DNA of 64,000 nt from Girardia tigrina (taxonomy: Eukaryota). The notes beneath the pieces are model-generated. The model had not been told where the DNA came from. It did not search any database and saw only the letters and a list, made by a program, of their open reading frames with translations. Location: NCBI GenBank assembly GCA_001938485.1, contig MQRK01248832.1:30690-94689 (forward strand), in the 5' to 3' direction. Positions 55,492 through 64,000 of this stretch are shown here, piece after piece. The position numbers were made by a program, and so were the translations under genes. The first letter of the stretch is position 1. The number at the start of each line of letters is the position of its first letter.

Positions 55492-57987
55492 GATACTACA
55501 TGAATTGAATTAAAAGCAGCAAAAAAAAGCGTTTACTTGATAATGCTTTTTCGCTTTAAAGTTAATTACTTTTTGAATCAAATCGTCAATTTGATGAAAA
55601 GTAGTTTAGTGACCAGTAATCAAAACATGTTCGTTTTACAAATAAAAATTCGTAATTCACACAATAATTATTAAGCAAATTTTAATATTAATCAATTTTG
55701 CTTTTTCTTTCACTTTTAAAATATAAAAAGAAGATTTTATTTAAAAATGTGCTAAAACTTAAAAAAAAGGAAAAGGGAGTAATCCATAACAATCGAACAA
55801 ATAAAATTAACAATAAAATGTTAAAAAATAATTAAAGCGAACTTTTAAAAAATATATTTTTTAATCATAATTTTATTTTAATAATAGGATTATAATGACT
55901 TACTTTTTATTTTGATTTACAAAGAAAACTTTTTAACGATTTATTCAAAAAAATGAACCAAACGACGAATTCCATTTCCGATAATTTTTATCAAAATCGA
56001 TTTAGAAGAATTAGATCCGAAATTATTGGATTGGTTCAATCGAAATACGAGTGGTGGTGATTTTTCGAACGACAGTAAATCGAATTCATTGATTATCGTA
56101 ACCGATGAATTAGAATTAAAAAAACGATGCATTTCTCAAAGAGTTGCGAATCAAATCGATTCATTTGACCGAAGAATAGTGGCGAATCATCGTCGATAAA
56201 GATAGTTATGTCGAGTGTAAGATCTGTTTCCATATCAAATCGATAATCGATCGATCGCCGGCTACGGTCAAACAAGAATCCTTGAAAACCGTCGTCAGTA
56301 ATCAGCAAGAGTGATAGAAATCGATCGCCAATTCTCTCTCAGATAATATTTACATCATGTACGGCCCGAAGGACAGTACGCATTTCCCAAAAGCGCGAAA
56401 TGAGTCGAAGCAAACAACTGATAATTAGAAATGGAAATTGAAAGATCGACAACCGACAGCAGTGCGCGGGTTTGATGGCGGCCCATTGAATTTCTGAACG
56501 CCATCCAATCGGGGTATATTTTACAAGATATCGATCGCTCCTGGTTTCCCCACATTACAGATATCTACAAGTAGATTCAATATGATAATCAAAAACGTTT
56601 ACCAAACTAGGTGGACACGAACGAAGCACCAAAATATAGTCCAAAGTACAAACTTCATCTAAAAAAAGTTGATGATGAGTGTTTGGTGGTGTACGCAATT
56701 GTAATCCATTATAAATTCATGAAATTTGGTTCGTCGATCACATCAGATTACGAAGATGCCGTCAGTGTTCCACTGTCAACCGAAATGGTATTCAAATGGT
56801 TTCCACAAGCTGCCGCTCAAATGGCAAAAGTGTGTCGATAATATTGGTGAATACTTCAATGAATGACATAAATATTTGTATTGGTAAATTATCCATAAAC
56901 TTTGACTTTAGTTCTACGAATTTCATTCGTTACGACCTAATATATTATGTCAGATTTTTTACCTTAATTCATTCTATGCCATTGTAATTTGATCACGCAA
57001 AAATCTTCGTAAATAAATTAGTTATAAAATAGTGGAAACATTTTTTATTCTCTCGTGGATTAACTTTGAATAGCGAAGTTCTGTTATTGATGAGGCTTAC
57101 AGTCCGTATAAATAGCCATTAAATGCTTTTATAAAATATAAAACATTTATTAAAGAAGATTTTGAAAAAGAAAATCAATCAAATAATTAAGCCTTATAAA
57201 ATACTTTTAAAAGATAAAAAGCAAAACAGTTGAAAAATAGTTTAGTTCAATTTAGTTCTAATTAAAATCAGTAAACTGAAAAAGGAAATTTCGCTACCAT
57301 CGAAGTCATGACATAAATTCATTTTATTTAATTTATTTTTTTTTCTAATTTATTATTCAGTGTAAGTGTTCAAGAAATAAATAATGTATCAAGTAATTGT
57401 TTTTTATAATTAATTAAACCAAAGAATTTGCAATACTATAATGATGAAGATTTTTAATATTTATGTCACATTCTCCTTTTGTTTTTTGAAGGTTTTTTAC
57501 CGAAACAACTTGACCCGAAAAATAATTGAAAAATTATTATTCACATATGTTTATTTTATACACGAAGACATTCTTTAATTGTAAATTTATTGAATTTGTT
57601 AAAGAAATATTATAAAAGATGAAGAAGATTAACTGTTCGGGAAGGTAATAGAAAAGATAAACATTTGTTATCATAAAAACATGATTACTTTAACGTAATA
57701 AACTGGTTACAGTTTGTATATGAGCCATAAAAAAGTAACGGATAATGATCATGACTTGCAATACAATTGTGAACAGAATTAGTTCTTATAGTTCTGCTCC
57801 ATAAGGTTGAATAAAAACATGATTCTTTTTGCAAGGTAGTGGGAATTCTTCTTTATTTGATCGGAAAATTTTAGTAGTTTTGTTAATAGATAAGAAAATA
57901 ACTTGCTATTACACTCGATCATTGACTTGTCGAATTAGCGTAAACGCCGAATTCATAAAATTGATAAATAACTAAGAATATTTCATA

Positions 57988-58516
57988 CTAGCGCGCTCGG
58001 CCCGCTTCGCGGCCCTCTCTTGCCGGGGGTTCAATTTTTTTATATTATAAAAGCCCAAGTCACTCACTGCCTGCCTCACTGCCTCACTAATGCTGTANNN
58101 NNNNNNNNNNNNNNNNNNNNNNNNNNNNNNNNNNNNNNNNNNNNNNNNNNNNNNNNNNNNNNNNNNNNNNNNNNNNNNNNNNNNNNNNNNNNNNNNNNNN
58201 NNNNNNNNNNNNNNNNNNNNNNNNNNNNNNNNNNNNNNNNNNNNNNNNNNNNNNNNNNNNNNNNNNNNNNNNNNNNNNNNNNNNNNNNNNNNNNNNNNNN
58301 NNNNNNNNNNNNNNNNNNNNNNNNNNNNNNNNNNNNNNNNNNNNNNNNNNNNNNNNNNNNNNNNNNNNNNNNNNNNNNNNNNNNNNNNNNNNNNNNNNNN
58401 NNNNNNATATTTTTTCACATTTATTTTTCAACAAATAATACTATTATTACGTCAACAATTATTACGTCAGCGTTAGTGAAGCAGGCAGGCAGTGAGTGAC
58501 TTGGGCTTTTATAAGA
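57988..58516 (-). mobile_element. Non-autonomous Helitron-like element spanning a gap
   Basis: Minus 5' A|TCTTATAAAAGCCCAAG with cactcactgcctgcct microsatellite; minus 3' hairpin ggccgcgaagcgggcc then CTAG|T. Confidence 0.7.
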
Positions 58517-60701
58517 TAAAATTCAATTGAACTTTAAAAAAGATTATACAATTAAATATTTTTGCCGATTTCATTAATTATTCTGCATAAATAAACTCTC
58601 TTAACAATCGAATCAAATAGTATACTAAGTGTAAATATATATATATATACTAAACTCCATTTTTATGGAGAATATATTAACAATAAATTACAATCGGAAG
58701 GAATAAAAAGAAATAATGCATGTAAACTAACAACAATCACTAAACACTGACAATATCATTAGGTAAGGTCAAAGTTAAATAAAATATCTAACGTCAAATT
58801 TTTCTGTTTTTTGGACGGGATTTTTTATACAAATTTTGTTGTAACTTCAACTTGATTGACAAAAATAATCAATTTTTGGATTGATGTTCAGTTTTCTTCT
58901 TTTGTTATTAGAAGTTTGACGAATTGTAAGATAATTATATGATCCGAATTTTGAATGTTGGGTTGAAGATTACAGGTAATCGACAAAAAATAAATTGATT
59001 GAATTAGTTTCTTTTTTCACGTTAATTTTTTTCGTCTCAATGTTCTTCGATAATAAGGGATAAATAAATCACACTGGGACATTGCATCAAAATTATTGAT
59101 AGCGAAAAAATGTCATTGATTTTGTCATTTAAAAAAATTGATCATTTAATGTTATATAATTTATATATAATTTATATAATAGACAAAAAAGTAGTAGGAC
59201 ACTACAACGTAGACTAAGGTTACCAAAAATTATTCTTCAAAATATAGTGAACAATGATCTATGTCCCTATACTATATAATCTGTTTGTATCAAAAATTTT
59301 TTTCAAAAGCCAATGAAACTACTTTTTATTTGTCAGTAGATAATTCTTTTTAATAAATTTTATGTTATTTAAATATAATTTGGAGATTTGTTGACATTTA
59401 GTATTTTCGAAAAATGTATTATATAAAAACATAATTTTATAAAATTTTACTGATTATAATAATTTTAGTAAAATATTTTTAAAAAAAGGAAAATAAAAAT
59501 TTGAAGAAAGTACCCGAAAGAAAGAAGTTTCATTTTAGGTTTGAGAGGAAGAAATAAGGAATAAAAAGACAAAAGTTAGTGCGAGAAAAAACTTTTGAAC
59601 TTGGCAATACTTATGACTTATTAAAAATAATGTTAATCAAATTACAATCAACTATGGCAATATTCAGAAATAAATAATCGATTGCAAAATTTCACCTATA
59701 CATAAAAGAACGTAATAATAAAGTAAGCAGTCAATAATAAAAACTTGGTAATACAAAAAGCTTTTTTACACATATTATTATCATTTCCTAAAATCCGAAA
59801 AAGGTTATCAAGAGTTGGGATGAAATTATGGGCGAGAAATTAAAGTAAAATGATTGCAGAATGAGTGTACTTATTGTTTTGATCAAGAAGCCTTCCACCA
59901 CTATCAAATAAATTTGGTTTTCTTCTACTGAACGACCCCTAAACTTTGTGAAAATCTTAAAGGTGATTGAGTGAGACATTCATTTTGTATATTTAGGAGA
60001 AATTTTCGGTACACAGCACCATGAATACCAAAAAAAATATCAGTCAATTTTTTTCTTTTATTTTTAAATAATTTGTAATAAAAATTTAATATAACTAAAT
60101 ATTTTTTAATTGTTGATAAAATATATTAATATAAATAAAAATAAACAAAGTTAAAAACGCATAATATTTTGTTAACATCAAATATGATTAAAAAACAGTT
60201 TAATTAAAATAAATAAATAATATTTTATTTAAAAAGAATAAATTATATTATTTTTGTGAAAATTTCAGTTTGGTTTATTTACATTTGAATTAATTTTTAA
60301 TTCCACAAATTTTGTTTACTTTAGAAAAAAATATTTTGTTTCATTTGCATGTTTCTAGAATAAAATTTTAAAGTAAATTTTTTTTCTCTTATCAATAAAA
60401 ATTAATGAAATCTTTTCTAGGTAAATATCAAATTAAATTGAAACAAAAAATAAACATCAATTACAAGCGTAAAATATTTTTATTTAAAAAAAAATATAAT
60501 TAATTAAAATTCAATTAAAAATATATTTTCAATATATTAAAAAATAAATAAATAAATTAAGTGTTTAAAATTTATTTATTGATTTATATAATTTGATTTT
60601 ATGGATTTATAAATTTATATTAATAAATTTCAAAATTTTATGCTATGTTAACATCATTTTTTATTCTATTTTAGACTAGCAATATAATGTATTCATCTTA
60701 G

Positions 60702-63335
60702 ATGCCAAATTCTCAACATTTTGCCAAAAGCAAAAGATTATCATTATTATTAATTACTCCTTGTTTACTAAACTTTCTTTTCATCCGTAAAACAGTCCAA
60801 GAGCTTATTTTACCAAACTTTACGTACACAATGAAAGAGGAAGTCCAACCGCCGTATACCCTCGGCAATTTGATCATTGATCTCAACCTTAAAAGCATCA
60901 TATCCTCAAATGATATGCAGCTTCAGTCTTTATCGTTTTTACCATCAAATCAGTTTGGTTCCAAATTTCTTTCTATCGTTTATCATTCATATCTTTATCA
61001 ATATCTTACTTTGTATAAAGTATTTGATAGAGAACTAAACTGTGATATCCTAAATAAGAAAACAGAATCCAAAATTACAACTAATAAATGTATGTGCCAA
61101 AACTACGATCCATTTACCTGTTACTTTTATATCGTGGTTGTTTTAGCCCCGGTTCATCAACACAGTAACATTGTCTATATTATACAAATTATTATTGAAG
61201 ATATCAATGACAATCATCCTCAATTTCCGAAAAAAGAAATTCACATAAGTATACCGGAAGATGCTCAAACAGGAACTCGAATACCTCTCCCGTTATCAGA
61301 AGATCAAGACTGGCATATGAATTCTTTAATTCGTTATAAAATAAATCCTAGTGACACTTTTAATTTACTTTATCTTGACGAAGCTAGCCTTAATCGTTCA
61401 CTTTTTTTAACTGTTAAGTCACCTTTGGATCGGGAAATAGCTCAAACTTACAAGGAAATAATTGTCGCCTCTGATCGGGGTATAGATGTTTCATTAAGTA
61501 TGTCTCTAACTGTACATATCACTATTATTGACGTAAACGATTGCACCCCAACTTTTACAACTTCTGATATCAAACCGATATTTATTTCCGAAGACATTAA
61601 CGTACCTCAGTTGTTGATAACCGTCAACGCAACGGATTTGGATACAGGTGATAACGGACAGATTACGTATTCCATAGAAATACAACCAAACTTAATTTTA
61701 GCTCAAACCTTTTCAATAAATCCCACAAATGGAAATATAAATATCGTCACAAAACCAGATAGAGAGAAACAAGCCTATTATACGCTGACAGTATGGGCTC
61801 AAGATCATGGCTCATCCCCGAAATCCTCTTCGATAAAGATTTATGTAAATATAATTGATATTAATGACAATGATCCTGTTATAAATGGTCCTTCAAATCC
61901 AGAATGTTACGAAAACAATAAGACTCCTCTAATTATATCTACTTATCGAATTACAGATCCCGACATTAATCACAATATTTCTTGTAGTTTGACCAACATC
62001 GAACCTCGCCAGTTTATTTTTGTGTTGGAGAAGTCTAAATCTCTCATTCAACAAGAAATCGTTTATCATTTGCTTTCAGAATTTGTGTTCGATAGGGAAT
62101 CGAAATCGACGTATAATCTTACTCTTATATGCAGAGATGGACTTGAAGATTCTTCCAGATATTCGGGATTATTTATTTCCCTAACAATCCTTGATATGAA
62201 TGATAATATCCCCGAATTCGATAATACTAAACTGAGATTCAGTCGTAATGAATCATACATGCCCGAGGACAATGAATTCATAACCCAAGTAACTGCTACT
62301 GATAAAGACATTGGAAATAATGCTCAAATTGAGTATTTTCTTATTCATTCCGACCAACTGGTATTTACCGTTCATTTATTAACAGGAAAGTTGTTTCAGA
62401 TTAATGCATTAGATTATGAAAAAGGATCTCGGTGTTTAATAATCATCGGGGCGAGAGATTGTGGTCAACCTTCATTTACCTCAAGTTTAACTTTAACATT
62501 TGATGTTCTTGATATAAATGATAATTCTCCTCAATACAATGGTCCGACAACTGTTTTTATAACAGAAAACAATTTAATCGGTACAGTGTTAGAGGTTTTG
62601 AATATATCGGATAAAGATTCAGGTCTTTCAGGAACGACCAGTTCAACGTTATTAGAAAAATATAAGGAATTTTCTCTGGTGGAAAACCAACTAGTAGCAT
62701 TAATAACTTTTGATAGAGAAATGCAAAGCGAATATATAATTCGTATTGAAATGAAAGACTTTGGTGAACCGGCTTTGATATCTATACAGGAAATTCTAGT
62801 TCAAGTCTTAGACGTTAATGATAATTCTCCGGTTATAATTTCCTCTTTATTTAACGACAGTCTGACATTTCCCTATAACAAATACAATGCTCACCAAAAG
62901 ATTTTCCAGGTTATTGCTTCGGATTTAGATTCGGGTTTGAATTCTACTTTACGATATTTTATTGAGCCTCCATCAGAGTTAATTCAAGTAGACCTTAATA
63001 CGGGTTGGATAAGCTTGAAAGGGTATTTCACAAGTAAAAATATTGGGAATTTTTCTGTGAATTTAGTCGTCCGAGATTGTGGAATAAACGTTCTTGAAAC
63101 AAATAAAATGATTCATTTTATCATCCTTCAAGCCGAGTCTATTTCCTGGTCTCAAATAAAAACGTTTTTATTGATTCACAAATGGATTTTTTTAACATTT
63201 TTTCTCGCGGTGATCATAATCGGTTTTCTAATTGTTTCAGTTTATTTTTCCAGAGACGGAAGATTCTGTAAGAATTTATTATTATTTCTTATTGTTTTTA
63301 CGTTTTTTTTAAATTGTATTATGTGTGTATCATGA
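60702..63335 (+). CDS. Protocadherin (delta-like, 7 cadherin repeats + TM); large coding exon probably ends at 63267
   Basis: Six DxNDxxP linkers (DINDNHP, DVNDCTP, DINDNDP, DMNDNIP, DINDNSP, DVNDNSP), DRE/DYE and DxDxGxN motifs, TM WIFLTFFLAVIIIGFLIVSVYF; acceptor ttttag at 60674; donor GTAAGA at 63268. Confidence 0.93.
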   Translation: MPNSQHFAKSKRLSLLLITPCLLNFLFIRKTVQELILPNFTYTMKEEVQPPYTLGNLIIDLNLKSIISSNDMQLQSLSFLPSNQFGSKFLSIVYHSYLYQYLTLYKVFDRELNCDILNKKTESKITTNKCMCQNYDPFTCYFYIVVVLAPVHQHSNIVYIIQIIIEDINDNHPQFPKKEIHISIPEDAQTGTRIPLPLSEDQDWHMNSLIRYKINPSDTFNLLYLDEASLNRSLFLTVKSPLDREIAQTYKEIIVASDRGIDVSLSMSLTVHITIIDVNDCTPTFTTSDIKPIFISEDINVPQLLITVNATDLDTGDNGQITYSIEIQPNLILAQTFSINPTNGNINIVTKPDREKQAYYTLTVWAQDHGSSPKSSSIKIYVNIIDINDNDPVINGPSNPECYENNKTPLIISTYRITDPDINHNISCSLTNIEPRQFIFVLEKSKSLIQQEIVYHLLSEFVFDRESKSTYNLTLICRDGLEDSSRYSGLFISLTILDMNDNIPEFDNTKLRFSRNESYMPEDNEFITQVTATDKDIGNNAQIEYFLIHSDQLVFTVHLLTGKLFQINALDYEKGSRCLIIIGARDCGQPSFTSSLTLTFDVLDINDNSPQYNGPTTVFITENNLIGTVLEVLNISDKDSGLSGTTSSTLLEKYKEFSLVENQLVALITFDREMQSEYIIRIEMKDFGEPALISIQEILVQVLDVNDNSPVIISSLFNDSLTFPYNKYNAHQKIFQVIASDLDSGLNSTLRYFIEPPSELIQVDLNTGWISLKGYFTSKNIGNFSVNLVVRDCGINVLETNKMIHFIILQAESISWSQIKTFLLIHKWIFLTFFLAVIIIGFLIVSVYFSRDGRFCKNLLLFLIVFTFFLNCIMCVS

Positions 63336-63434
63336 ATGATGATAAAGATAAATTATTTTATGAAAATAAATAAATTAATTAAATCAAAACTATATAAATA
63401 AAAAATCAATTTAAATTATTTGAAAATTATTTTA

Positions 63435-64000
63435 TTGGGTTGGCCAAAAAGTCATTGCGTTTTTGAGTAAGTCCTAATAAAAAGCTTGAAAATATAAAAC
63501 GATGTGATAAAATTTAAATTCAATTATATATTCTGAAACCTTAATTTTTAGACTAAGTTTATACAAAATATTAATTGATTTTGTTTTAATTTATTACTTT
63601 ACCGTCAATTCGAAATGGAAAATCAAAATGAGCATATTCGTCCTGTTTTGTTGCATTATTTTCACAAAGGGAAAACCGCTGTGCAAGCTCATAAGAAGAT
63701 ATGTATTGTATATGGTAGTGACTCCTTAAAACTTCGACAGTGTCAATACTGGTTTTCTAAATTTCGTTCTGAAGAATTTCATCTGAAAGATGCACTACGC
63801 TCCGGTCGACCAGATGAAGTTGATTGCGACAAAATTACAGCACTGATCAAATCTAATCCACATATGACGACAAGAGAAGTTGCAGAGACTCTGGAAATAT
63901 CAAAATCAAGTGTTGGAAGTCATTTAAAGAAATTTGGATTCGTCAGTAAACTTGATATGTGGTTACCACATGAACTGAAAGAAATTCATTTGGTGAAACG
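63435..64000 (+). mobile_element. Mariner element (mellifera-like); transposase ORF from 63615 runs off the window
   Basis: TA|TTGGGTTGGCC TIR; MENQNEHIR.VLLHYFHKGK...WFSKFRS...RSGRP...WLPHEL, no stops in 128 codons. Confidence 0.92.

Noticed and set aside
59788-60025. Possible CACTA/EnSpm transposase relic
   Set aside because: Only vague resemblance; catalytic motifs not recoverable.
62066-62311. Antisense ORFs within the protocadherin (also 60713-60901)
   Set aside because: Shadow ORFs of the real coding strand.

Overview
AT-rich eukaryotic (metazoan) genomic DNA with six N-gaps. It is most consistent with an invertebrate such as a planarian flatworm; this is inferred from composition, Chapaev3/Penelope content and a single-exon protocadherin ectodomain. 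The only clear host gene is a 7-repeat protocadherin (60702-~63267). The preceding ~60 kb is a transposon graveyard: Tc1/mariner/pogo, hAT, MULE, Chapaev3, Helitron, Gypsy, RTE-like and RLE-type non-LTR elements, and Penelope-like elements (PLE). Two things stand out beyond the ORF track. (1) A 1.4-kb element at 54078-55491 carries Gypsy RT/RNase H plus a small transmembrane ORF, yet is bounded by 46-bp terminal INVERTED repeats (TGT...ACA) and a perfect 5-bp TSD, with no direct LTRs. (2) At least five minimal hammerhead ribozymes with palindromic stem III, two of them in PLE insertions flanked by an inverted pLTR whose antisense ribozyme copy is broken. All calls were made by eye. Boundaries of decayed elements are approximate.
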